The notes under the pieces are model-generated. The model saw only the letters and a list, made by a program, of their open reading frames with translations. It searched no databases and was not told where the DNA came from. DNA of 64,000 bases, taken from assembly GCA_028826165.1 (NCBI GenBank), contig JAPDFW010000023.1, positions 10,273 through 74,272 of the forward strand. Direction: 5' to 3'. Shown here piece after piece: positions 51,771 through 64,000 of this stretch. The DNA is from Anaeramoeba ignava BMAN. Taxonomy: Eukaryota; Protista; Anaeramoebae. The translations under genes and the position numbers were made by a program. Each line of letters opens with the position of its first letter. Within the stretch, counting starts at the first letter, position 1.

Positions 51771-54329
51771 GAAATTAAATTATATTTAAAATAAATTAAA
51801 TTGTAAATGAAATTAAAATGAAATTTTTGAATAAAATAATAAATGAAAATAAATAAATAATTATTCTAAAAATATAAAAAGAATTACAAAATAAAAATCA
51901 AATCCAAAAAGAATATTTTAATAAAATATATTTTTTTATTAATATATTTATTATTCTTATATTATATTTATTATATTATTTATTAATATAATATTGATAA
52001 TAAATTTGATTCCATTATTATATTAATTTTGAATATATATTTTGATTTAATATTTATTATTGAAAAATGTTTAAAATATATAAATTAGAATAAATTTGAT
52101 TTTTTTATTTTTTTGATTTATATTTATATAAATTGAAATAAAGTTGATAAAAAAATATTATTTATTTTTGATTTATACTTTTAAAAATTTATTTTTATTT
52201 TTAAACATTTTACATTATATATATTTTGAATTGATATTTATTATTATATATTTATTAATTATATATTCATTCATTATATTTATATAATATAATTAATATT
52301 CATTTTTATTTATTATTTTTCATTTCAAATTTATTTATTTTAATAATTAATAATAATAAATTTTCATTTATAATTAATTAATTAATTAATTCTAATATTT
52401 TTTATTTTATTAATAATTCAATTATTATTTTCAAAATTTATTTTTATTTTATTAATTTTATTTTTGATTTTTCAAAATTCATTTACACAAAATAAAATAA
52501 AAATGAAAATAAAATAAATTACAATTAAAAATATTTATTAAATTGTTTATAAAATATAAAATGAAATTGAATGAAAATAAAATTAAATTAAATTTTAAGT
52601 TGAAAATTGAATATAATTGAATTAATATTAATATTAATTATTATTTAATATTTTATAGATTGATTATTTTTTGAAATGAAAATTAAATTATTATTTATAA
52701 ATATTATTTATATTTTTGATAAAAAGAATAATAAAATAATAAAATAATAAAATAATAAAGAAATAAAAATAATTAAAACAATTATCAATTTTATATTTAT
52801 TTTTCTCCTTTTATTTTTATATTTTCTCCATTTCAAAAATAATTTTTATCTTTTTTTATTTTTTTTTAAAAATACTTTTTATCTTTTCTATTTTTCTCCT
52901 TTTTAATTTATAATTTTATTTTTCCATTTCAAAAATACTTTTTATTTTTAAAAATAATTTTTATCTTTAAAAAAATACTTTTTATTAAATTCTATTTAAT
53001 TCCTTTTTAATTTATAATTTTATTTTCTCCATTCAAAAATACTTTTATCTTTTATTAAATTAAATTAAATTAAATTAAATTAAATTAAATTAAATTAAAT
53101 TAAATTAAATTAAATTAAAATTAAACAACTTTTAATTGTATTTTTGATTAATTTAAATTTAAAATATCTTTTATTTATTTATTTATTTTTGTTACAAAAA
53201 TTTTCAATAAATTAATTTAAAATGAGATGAATAAATAAATAAAATAAATCAAATAAATAAATCAAATAAAAATGAATAGATATATAAATAGTTATTAATA
53301 ATAATAATGAATATAAATAGAATATTTATTTAATATTAATTAATTATTAATTTTATTTAATTTCATTTATTTTATAATTCAAATTGAAAATCAAATTGAA
53401 AAAAATGAAATTGAAAATGAAATTAAATTATATTTAAAATAAATTAAATTGTAAATGAAATTAAAATGAAATTTTGAATAAAATAATAAATGAAAATAAA
53501 TAAATAATTATTCTAAAAATATAAAAAGAATTACAAAATAAAAATCAAATCCAAAAAGAATATTTAATAAAATATATTTTTATTAATATATTTATTATTC
53601 TGATATTATATTTATTATATTATTTATTAATATAATATTGATAATAAATTTGATTCCATTATTATATTAATTTTGAATATATATTTTGATTTAATATTTA
53701 TTATTGAAAAATGTTTAAAATATATAAATTAGAATAAAATTTGATTTTTTTATTTTTTTGATTTATATTTATATAAATTGAAATAAAGTTGATAAAAAAA
53801 TATTATTTATTTTGATTTATACTTTTAAAAATTTATTTTTATTTTTAAACATTTTATATTATATATATTTTGAATTGATATTTATTATTATATATTTATT
53901 AATTATATATTCATTATTTATATTTATATAATATAATTAATATTCATTTTTATTTATTATTTTTCATTTCAAATTTATTTATTTTAATAATTAATAATAA
54001 TAAATTTTGATTTATAATTAATTAATTAATTAATTCTAATATTTTTTATTTTATTAATAATTCAATTATTATTTTCAAAATTTATTTTTATTTATTTTAT
54101 TAATTTTATTTTTTTTTGATTTTTTTCAAAATTCATTTACACACAAAATAAAATGAAAATAAAATAAATTACAATTAAAAATATTTTTATTTATTTAATT
54201 TATAAAATATAAAATATGAATTAAATTGAATTAAATTAAATTAAAAATCAAATTAAAAATTCAAAAAATTAAAATCAAATTAAAAATTCAAATTCAAATT
54301 CAAATTAAAATGAAAAAATTAAAATTAAA

Positions 54330-56762
54330 TTAATTAATTATTTTGTTATAAATTTGTTTATAATATATATAAATAAATTGATTTTTTTTATTTTGAATTT
54401 AAATTATAAATAAATTGAAAAATAAATTTATATATTTTATATATAGAGAGAAATCGATTTTTTATTTTTGAATTTAAATTATAAATAAATTGAAAATTAA
54501 ATTAATAAATTATTTTATTATAAATTTGTTTATAATATATATAAATAAATTGATTTTTTTATTTTTAAATTTGAATTAAAATAAATTGAAAATTAAATTT
54601 ATATATTTTATATAGAGAGAAATTGATTTTTATTTTTGAATATAAATTATAAATAAATTGAAAATTAAATTAATTAATTATTTTATTATAAATTTGTTTA
54701 TAATATATATAAATAAATTGATTTTTTTATTTTGAATTTAAATTGAAAATTAAATTTATATATTTTATATATAGAGAGAAATTGATTTTTATTTTTGAAT
54801 ATAAATTATAAATAAATTGAAATTAATTAATTATTTTGTTATAAATTTGTTTATAATATATATAAATAAATTGATTTTTATTTTTAATTTAAATTATAAA
54901 TAAATTGAAAAATAAATTTATATATTTTATATATAGAGAGAAATTGATTTTTTATTTTTTGAATATAAATTATAAATAAATTGAAAATTAAATTAATAAA
55001 TTATTTTATTATAAATTTGTTTATAATATATATAAATAAATTGATTTTTTTATTTTTAATTTAAATTATAAATAAATTGAAAATTAAATTTATATATTTT
55101 ATATATAGAGAGAAATTGATTTTTATTTTTGAATATAAATTATAAATAAATAAATTGAAATTAAATTAATTAATTATTTTGTTATAAATTTGTTTATAAT
55201 ATATATAAATAAATTGATTTTTTTATTTTTAATTTAAATTATAAATAAATTGAAAATTAAATTTATATATTTTATATATAGAGAGAAATTGATTTTTTAT
55301 TTTTTGAATATAAATTATAAATAAATTGGAAATTAAATTAATAAATTATTTTGTTATAAATTTGTTTATAATATATATAAATAAATTGATTTTTTTATTT
55401 TTAATTTGAATTATAAATAAATTGAAAATTAAATTTATATATTTTATATATAGAGAGAAATTGATTTTTTATTTTTGAATATAAATTATAAATAAATTGA
55501 AAATTAAATTAATTAAATTATTTTTGTTATAAATTTGTTTTATAATATATATAAATAAATTGATTTTTTTTATTTTTAATTTAAATTATAAATAAATTGA
55601 AAATTAAATTTATATATTTTATATATAGAGAGAAATTGATTTTTTATTTTTGAATATAAATTATAAATAAATTGGGAATTAAATTAATTAATTATTTTGT
55701 TATAAATTTGTTTATAATATATATAAAATAAATTGATTTTTTTTATTTTTAATTTAAATTATAAATAAATTGAAAAATAAATTTATATATTTTATATATA
55801 GAGAGAAATTGATTTTTTTATTTTTTGAATATAAATTATAAATAAATTGAAATTAAATTAATTAATTATTTTATAAATTTGTTTATAATATATATAAATA
55901 AATTGATTTTTTATTTTTAATTTAAATTATAAATAAATTGAAAATTAAATTTATATATTTTATATATAGAGAGAAATTGATTTTTTATTTTTGAATATAA
56001 ATTATAAATAAATTGGAAATTAAATTAATTAATTATTTTGTTATAAATTTGTTTATAATATATATAAATAAATTGATTTTTTTATTTTTAAATTTAAATT
56101 ATAAAATAAATTGAAAATTAAATTTATATATTTTTATATATAGAGAGAAATTGATTTTTTATTTTTTGAATATAAAATTATAAATAAATTGAAAATTAAA
56201 TTAATAATTATTTTGTTATAAATTTGTTTATAATATATATAAATAAATTGATTTTTTTATTTTTGAATTTAAATTATAAATAAATTGAAAATTAAATTTA
56301 TATATTTTATATATAGAGAGAAATTGATTTTTTATTTTTGAATATAAATTATAAATAAATTGGAAATTAAATTAATTAATTATTTTGTTATAAATTTGTT
56401 TATAATATATATAAATAAATTGATTTTTTTATTTTTAATTTGAATTGAAATAAATTGAAAAATTAAATTTATATATTTTATATATAGAGAGAAATTGATT
56501 TTTTATTTTTGAATATAAATTATAAATAAATTGGAAATTAAATTAATAAATTATTTTATTATAAATTTGTTTATAATATATATAAATAAATTGATTTTTT
56601 TATTTTTGAATTTAAATTATAAATAAATTGAAAATAAATTTATATATTTTATATATAGAGAGAAATTGATTTTTTTATTTTTGAATATAAATTATAAATA
56701 AATTGAAAATTAAATTAATTAATTATTTTGTTATAAATTTGTTTATAATATATATAAATAAA
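54330..56762. repeat. ~170-bp satellite, 14 copies
   Basis: 14 TATAGAGAGAAAT landmarks between 54446 and 56658; same unit and orientation as 20050-21640. Confidence 0.95.
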
Positions 56763-56764
56763 TT

Positions 56765-59020
56765 GATTTGATTTTGATTTAAATTTTGGAAATGAAAAAA
56801 AAATGAAATGAATTAGAAATAAATTATTGATTGATTATTAATTAATTGATTGATATTTTCCAAATCAAAATTTATTAATAAAAATAAATAATTTAAAATA
56901 ATAAATAAATAATAGATAATAATCAGATAAATTGAATCTAAATGAAGTGAAAAAGAAATTTAATTAATTACCTTTGATAAATTATAATTATAAATAAATA
57001 TAAATTTAGATTTTTGAAATTATTGATTTTTTATTTTTATTTTTATTTTAGGAAATTGGAGATGAATAAAATAAAATAAAATAAAATAAAATAAAGATTT
57101 TATCTAATAGAAATAAATAGAATAAATTAAATAAATTAATTCAGAATTTGAAAATAAATAAATTTAAAAGTAAATTAATTAATAAAGTAATTACAGATTT
57201 AGATATTAAATTGATTTAAAATAAATAAAAAGAAGAAGAGTTTTATTTGGGAATATTTTGGTTTTTATTTTTTATATTTTGGAGTTTGAATTTTTTAAAC
57301 AAAAATAAATTTAATATAAATTTAATATTAATTTTTTTGTATTGATTTAATTTTGTATTATTTTATTCTAAATTTATAATAAATTTTTGAATTTTTAATA
57401 TTTTTTTGGAATAAAATTAATATTAATTTTACATCATTTTTACATCATTAATCATAAATTTTATCCTCACTTACAATAAAATGTCTGTATAAATAAATTG
57501 AAAATTAAATTTATATATTTTATATATAGAGAGAAATTGATTTTTTATTTTTTGAATATAAATTATAAATAAATTGAAAATTAAATTAATTAATTATTTT
57601 ATTATAAATTTGTTTATAATATATATAAATAAATTGATTTTTTTTATTTTTAATTTAAATTATAAATAAATTGAAAAATAAATTTATATATTTTATATAT
57701 AGAGAGAAATTGATTTTTTATTTTTTGAATATAAATTATAAATAAATTGGAAATTAAATTAATTAATTATTTTGTTATAAATTTGTTTATAATATATATA
57801 AATAAATTGATTTTTTTATTTTTGAATTTAAATTATAAATAAATTGAAAATTAAATTTATATATTTTATATATAGAGAGAAATTGATTTTTATTTTTGAA
57901 TATAAATTATAAATAAATTGAAAATTAAATTAATTAATTATTTTGTTATAAATTTGTTTATAATATATATAAATAAATTGATTTTTTTATTTTTAATTTA
58001 AATTATAAATAAATTGAAAATTAAATTTATATATTTTATATATAGAGAGAAATTGATTTTTTATTTTTGAATATAAATTATAAATAAATTGAAATTAAAT
58101 TAATTAATTATTTTATTATAAATTTGTTTATAATATATATAAATAAATTGATTTTTTTTATTTTTAATTTAAATTATAAATAAATTGAAAAATTAAATTT
58201 ATATATTTTATATATAGAGAGAAATTGATTTTTTATTTTTTGAATATAAATTATAAATAAATTGGAAATTAAATTAATTAATTATTTTGTTATAAATTTG
58301 TTTATAATATATATAAATAAATTGATTTAAATTTGATTTAAATTTTGGAAATGAAAAAAATGAAATGAATTAGAAATAAATTATTGATTGATTATTAATT
58401 AATTGATTGATATTTTCCAAATCAAAATTTATTAATAAAAATAAAATAATTTAAAATAATAAATAAATAAATAATAGATAATAATCAGATAAATTGAATC
58501 TAAATGAAGTGAAAAAGAAATTTAATTAATTACCTTTGATAAATTATAAATATAAATAAATATAAATTTAGATTTTTGAAATTATTGATTTTTTATTTTT
58601 ATTTTTATTTTAGGAAATTGGAGATGAATAAAATAAAATAAAATAAAGATTTTATCTAATAGAAATAAATAGAATAAATTAAATAAATTAATTCAGAATT
58701 TGAAAATAAATAAATTTAAAAGTAAATTAATTAATAAAGTAATTACAGATTTAGATATTAAATTGATTTAAAATAAATAAAAAGAAGAAGAGTTTTATTT
58801 GGGAATATTTTGGTTTGTATTTTTATATTTTGGAGTTTTTGAATTTTTTAAACAAAAATAAATTTAATATAAATTTAATATTAATTTTTTTGTATTGATT
58901 TAATTTTGTATTATTTTATTCTAAATTTATAATAAATTTTTGAATTTTTAATATTTTTTTGGAATAAAATTAATATTAATTTTACATTATTTTTACATCA
59001 TTAATCATAAATTTTATCAT
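56765..59020. repeat. Two near-identical ~700-bp copies of block X (56765-57470, 58325-59020) separated by 5 copies of the 170-bp satellite (57490-58322)
   Basis: Direct duplication, e.g. agaagaagagttttatttgggaatattttgg at 57231 and 58783. Confidence 0.93.
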
Positions 59021-59034
59021 TCATTTTAATTAAT

Positions 59035-59178
59035 TAATAAAAATAAAAATAAAAATAAAAATAAAAATAAAAATAAAAATAAAAATAAAAATAAAAATAA
59101 AAAAAAATAAAAATAAAAAAAAAAAAATAAAAATAAAAAAAAAAATAAAAATAAAAATAAAAAATAAAAATAAAAATA
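59035..59178 (-). repeat. (AAAATA)n tract, T-rich on the rRNA-sense strand immediately 3' of the LSU; possible Pol I termination/release region
   Basis: Hexamer run lies ~40 nt past the LSU end; the terminator role is inference. Confidence 0.75.
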
Positions 59179-59219
59179 AGATGTTTTTCCCCTTAAATAA
59201 TATTTTTTTATTTTTAAAA

Positions 59220-59651
59220 ATATAAGAACAAAAGGTTAAATCTCAATAGATCGTATTTATTTTTAAATAAATAAAATATAAAATAAATTATTTATTTAAA
59301 AATCTTACTCTACTACTTACAATCCCTTGTTCTATTTTAAAGTCGTTTACTGAATATTTTTATTCTTCATTTTTTTATATATAAATATTTTTCAATTTTA
59401 TTAATATAAAATTTATTTTAAATTATGTTTTTGAATAAATGAAGTTTTGATTTTTAAAATGAGTATTTTATTAATTTAGTTTGGTTTCTGGCTTAGAGGC
59501 TTTCAGCCATAATCCTTCAGATATAAGCTTCTAATCATTGCTTATTCATCCAAATCATTTTACCTTTAATCTGAAACAACAGTTCCTCTCGTACTATGTT
59601 GTATTACTATCAAAATACTTTTATTTTTTATTTTATTTATTTAAATAAATG

Positions 59652-59705
<54 letters not shown>

Positions 59706-60430
59706 TTAACGGGTGAACAATCCGACCCTTATTCCCTTATACAAGAATAGGATAGGAAGAGCCGACATCGAAGAATCAAAAAGCAACGTCGCTTTGAACG
59801 CTCGGCTGCCACAAGCCAGTTATCCCTCAGGTAACTTTTCTGACACCTCTAATTTCATTATCTACTTTAAATGTATAGATTTCATTGAATATTTTTAAAG
59901 GATCGCTAGGCCATGCTTTCACACTTTTTATTCTTACTGAAAATTTAATTTAAAGAAGCTTTTACCCTTATGTTCTAAACATGATTTCTGTTCTTCTTGA
60001 GCTTCTCTTAGGACGTCTGCGTTATTTTATAGCAGTCGTGCCGCCCCAGCCAAACTCCCCACCTGATCTTGTTTTTGTTGTTTTTATATTTCAATAAAAT
60101 AATTTAAAAAAATATAAAATTTTGGATTGGGTTTTTATTATTTTTATTTAAAATTAATATTATAAATAAATTAGAATAAAATAATTTATTTATTTACCCA
60201 CTTAAACAAATTAGTAATATGATACCAAGAGTAGCGGTATTTCACTTTTGTTTTTCATTTAAATAAATAAATAAAAAACTCCCGCCTATCCTATACCTCT
60301 TAGACCATTTTACTTCATCAGACTAGAGTCAAGCTCTAAAGGGTCTTCTTTCCCCGCCATTCGTACGAAGCCCGTTCCCTTCGCTGTTGGTTCGCTAGAA
60401 GGTAGATAGGGACAGTAGGAATCTCGTTGC

Positions 60431-60516
<86 letters not shown>

Positions 60517-62861
60517 CTTTGAATTTCTTCACTTTAACTTTCAGAGCACTGGGCAGAATTCACATTATGTCTAATTCTATTTCAAAACTTTCATAATGCT
60601 ATGTTTTAATTAAACAGTCGGATTCCTCTTGTTAGCTTCAGTTCTGTTTTATTTTTTAATTAATTTAAAAAAAATCAGAGCCAATCCTTCTCCCGAAGTT
60701 ACGGATCTATTTTGCCGACTTCCCTTACCTACTTTATTCTACTTAGCCAGAGGCTTTTAACCTTGGAGACCTGTTGCGGTTATTGGTACGTTCTTTTCCG
60801 AATTTTAAATATTACTAATTTTTTAAATATTATTAAATAATTTATGATAAATTCTATTATTTAAGAATTATTCTTCCAAACTTTTTTCCATTTCTCCAGT
60901 TAATCTGTTTCAATGGTAAAAATTATATAATTAATTTATAAAAATTAAATATATTTATTAATATAAATAAAAGTTTGTTAAAAAGAAAAGAAATCTCTTC
61001 TCATATTATTTAATAATGTTTTTAGTAATATTTTATGTTACCATTTTAAACCGATATTTAAATAAAATTTAAAATTTAAAAAAAAAAGGTTCAGGAATAT
61101 TAACCTGATTCTCTTTTGAGTTTTTATATTTATATAAAAAAAAATAAATATTCTGTAAATAATCGCAATTAAGCTAAACTCTTAGAAACGACTAACCCAG
61201 ATTCAATCACAGTTCATCTGGAACCCTTCTCCACTTCGGCCTTCAAGATTTTAACTTGAATATTTGCTACTACATCCAAGATCTGCACTATTGTTAATTT
61301 CATTTGATTTTAAAATCTTATAACTTCTATATTAACAATACGCCCTCCTACTCAATTAACTGAAAAAAAGTTAATTGGATATGAATAGGATAAATTTATT
61401 TTATTTTAAAAAAAGTTAAAGCGCCATCCATTTTCAGGGATAATCAATTCGATGGGTGAATTGTTACAAACTCCTTACCGGATTTCTATCACCAGGAACA
61501 CCGCCCCACTGTCTTCATCGATTATCTCCTTTTATGGTATCCATTGTACTTATATTTTGGCTCCTTATCATATCTCTCGGTTCATCCCGTTTTGCCATTA
61601 CAGATTACCCGTAATGGCCCACTCAATGCTATTAAATTTTTTTATATTTAATAAAAATAAAATTAATTTATTTTTATATTAATTTGCCAATTTGGAGTTT
61701 GAGAATAGGTTAAAATCAATAAGATTCCAAATCCTCTAATCATTAGCTCTACTTGACATAACTTTTTAATAATAATTTATTTAAGCATTGGCTATCCTGA
61801 GAGAAATTTCGGAGGGAACCAGCTACTAAATGGTTCGATTAGTCTTTCGCCCCTATAGCCACATTTGACGAACGATTTGCACGTCAGTACCGCTACGAAC
61901 TTCCTCCGAATTTTCATCCGGTTTCATTCTATGCAGCCATAGTTCACCATCTATCGGGTCCTAATATTTCTGTTCTTTCTAATTTTCTTAATAAAAAGAA
62001 AATTGATTTAAAATGATATTTTCACTTTCATTATGCATTATAAATTTAATAAATTATAATACTTACAAAAATATTAGACTCCTTGGTCCGTGTTTCAAGA
62101 CGGGTCCTTATTTTTCTTTATTTTATTTAATTTTAAATAATTTAAAAATAAAATTAAATTAATAATTATATTAAATAATAATCAATAATATTTTTATCAT
62201 TTTAATTTCAAAAGAAAAAAAAATAAAAAAATAAAACCAATTTATTTACCATTATTTAATTTTTATTTCATTTTTTAATTATTTTTTAATTTAAAAAAAA
62301 AAAAGAAGGATTCATAAAATAACAATTTCAAGTCCTATTTCACTCTCTTTTCAAAGTTCTTTTCATCTTTCCATCACTGTACTTGTTCACTATCGGTTTC
62401 TCGTTAATATTTAGTTTTAACTGATGATTACCAGTTTCTAAAAAAAAAATAAATTTAATTTTTTAGTTTTTATTAAGAGTGCAATCTCAAACACCCTGAC
62501 TCTTTATAAGTAATATTTAAAAAATTTATTATTAATTTAGAAAATTATTTTATAAATAAAACCTATTCAAATACGGGATTTTCACCCTCTTTGATTTTAT
62601 AAATAAAAATATTATTCCAAATATTTTATAATAGGTTAATAATAATTAATTTAAATATTTACTTTTTTAGTTTACAATACTAATTTATTTATATTAATTT
62701 TATTAAATAAAAAATAATTTTAAAATAAATAAAATTAGTTTTAAAATTTGAACTTTTATGTTTTCACTCGCCGTTACTAACATAATCATTGTTATTTTCT
62801 TTTTCCTCTGCTTATTAATATGCTTAAATTTAGCAGGTAATTTTATCTAAAATGAGGTTAA
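59220..62861 (-). rRNA. LSU (28S-like) rRNA, ~3.64 kb, with AT-rich expansion segments
   Basis: Reverse-complement conserved cores: acctgctaaatttaagcatat (5' end), gacccgtcttgaaacacggaccaaggag, ttaaggtagccaaatgcctcgtc, gatgtcggctcttcctatc, sarcin-ricin loop agtacgagaggaac, cgatctattgagatt (3' end). Ends are approximate. Confidence 0.98.
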
Positions 62862-62941
62862 TAAAAATAAAATTTAAATTTAAATTAATTTAAAAAATCT
62901 ATTTTAATTAAAAAATAAATTTTCAATTTATATAATATAAA
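62862..62941 (-). other. ITS2 (~80 nt, almost pure A/T)
   Basis: Between the 5.8S 3' end and the LSU 5' end. Confidence 0.8.
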
Positions 62942-63115
62942 ATAACACTCATTTAGAAATACTTTTTATTAAAATATTAATAAAAATATAAAAATAAAAA
63001 GTGCAATATGCGTTCAAAAATTCAATTATTCACAAACATTGCAATTCATATTATTTATCACATTTTGCTGTGTTCTTCATCATTACGAGAACCAAGATAT
63101 CCATTGTTATTTTTT
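62942..63115 (-). rRNA. 5.8S rRNA
   Basis: Reverse complement aacaatggatatcttggttctcg..gatgaagaacacagc..gaattgcaa..tttgaacgcatattgcac..tgagtgtt. Confidence 0.95.
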
Positions 63116-63191
63116 TTATTTATTTTTTATTTTATTTAAAAAAAGAATTCTTTTTATTTATTTAAAGTTTAAATTAAATTATTTTTTATGT
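63116..63191 (-). other. ITS1 (~76 nt)
   Basis: Between the 18S end (GGATCATTA) and the 5.8S start. Confidence 0.8.
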
Positions 63192-63326
63192 TAATGATCC
63201 AGCACCAAATTCATTTAGCGCTGCCTTGTTACGACTTCTCCTTCCTCTAGATAACATGATTTAATTATCTTTCCATTTTTTAAAAATAATTTTTAAGAAA
63301 TAGTCTAAAAATTTCATCGGGTTATC

Positions 63327-63372
<46 letters not shown>

Positions 63373-63897
63373 ATCAATGTAAAATTATGATTTACATTTA
63401 CTAGGAATTCCTTGTTCAAGATTAATAATTTCAATAATCTATTCCAAGCATGTTAATATTTTCTAAGTTTACCTAAATAAAAAATAAAAAATAAAAATAA
63501 ATCTTTTCTTTTAAAATTCTTTTCAGATTAGGTTATATTCATTTTAAAAATAAATTTAAGATGAATAATTACTTATTGTTATTAACATTGTAGCACGTGT
63601 GCAGCCCAGAACATCTAAGGGCATCACGGACCTGTTGTTGCCTTTATCTTCCTTTCATTAAAAAATGAATAGTCCTTCTAAGAAATTAAATTATTTTTAT
63701 TAATTTAAAAAAATATTTAATTAGTTAGTAAGTAAAGGTCTCGCTCGTTTACGGAATTAACACAGACAAATCACTCCACGAACTAAAAACGGCCATGCAC
63801 CACCATCCATAAAATCATGAAAGAGCTTTTAATCTGTCAATCCTTATTATGTCCTGATCTGGTAAGTTTCCCCGCGTTGAGTCAAATTAAGCCACAA

Positions 63898-63943
<46 letters not shown>

Positions 63944-64000
63944 ACTTATGTCCATACTCCCCCTCAAGTTTCCATATACTTATGCGATTTCTCGCTGTTT
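63192..64000 (-). rRNA. SSU (18S) rRNA, 3' portion (runs off the window)
   Basis: Reverse complement aaacttaaaggaattgacggaagggcaccaccagg, gtgatgcccttagatgttctgg, tgtacacaccgcccgtcgc, gaagtcgtaacaagg..ggatcatta. Confidence 0.99.

Larger units (their letters stand above)
21680..54230. repeat. Modular macrosatellite: 12 copies of a ~0.55-0.75-kb block A followed by variable modules
   Basis: Block A (..attattctaaaaaatataaaaagaattacaaaataaaaatcaaatccaaaaagaatattt..) starts at ~21685, 25105, 27540, 29085, 33105, 34625, 37505, 44035, 45585, 47400, 51770, 53420. Confidence 0.95.

Noticed and set aside
60410-60495. R2/R1-type insertion or group I intron in the LSU; also a 9-nt match (aggaatctc) to the LINE 3' hairpin
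   Set aside because: The R2 target TTAAGG/TAGCCA is uninterrupted and LSU length is ordinary; the 9-nt match is too short to imply rDNA targeting.
59713-61682. ORFs 59713..59898 and 61452..61682
   Set aside because: Antisense to conserved LSU rRNA; chance ORFs.

Overview
Extremely AT-rich eukaryotic (protist-like) genomic DNA with three zones. (1) 1-13.7 kb, a nested mobile-element zone. It holds the decayed 3' half of a non-LTR retrotransposon (1-1520) and a minus-strand spliced gene (coiled-coil plus one ankyrin repeat) whose introns appear to be punctuated by eight single-codon AATAG|NNN|GTAA micro-exons (1591-3466). Next comes a young single-ORF APE-RT-CCHC LINE (4707-10078) whose C-terminal tail is split by a 1067-bp internally deleted PIF/Harbinger/ISL2EU-type DNA transposon (8571-9637), then a possible decayed Penelope-like RT relic on the minus strand. 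(2) 13.7-59.2 kb, an almost wholly non-coding hierarchical repeat domain: two small GC-rich structured islands (15489-15636, 15763-15870), a 12-bp array, ~170-bp satellite arrays, and a ~32-kb modular macro-array with minisatellites, (TTCAAA)n and a recurrent G-quadruplex motif. (3) 59.2-64 kb, a minus-strand rDNA unit (3' part of 18S, ITS1, 5.8S, ITS2, complete LSU); zone 2 lies downstream of the LSU. Best novelty candidates are the single-codon micro-exon array and the GC-rich rod hairpin capped by two GNA mini-hairpins. All alignments and folds were done by eye, and repeat boundaries are approximate.
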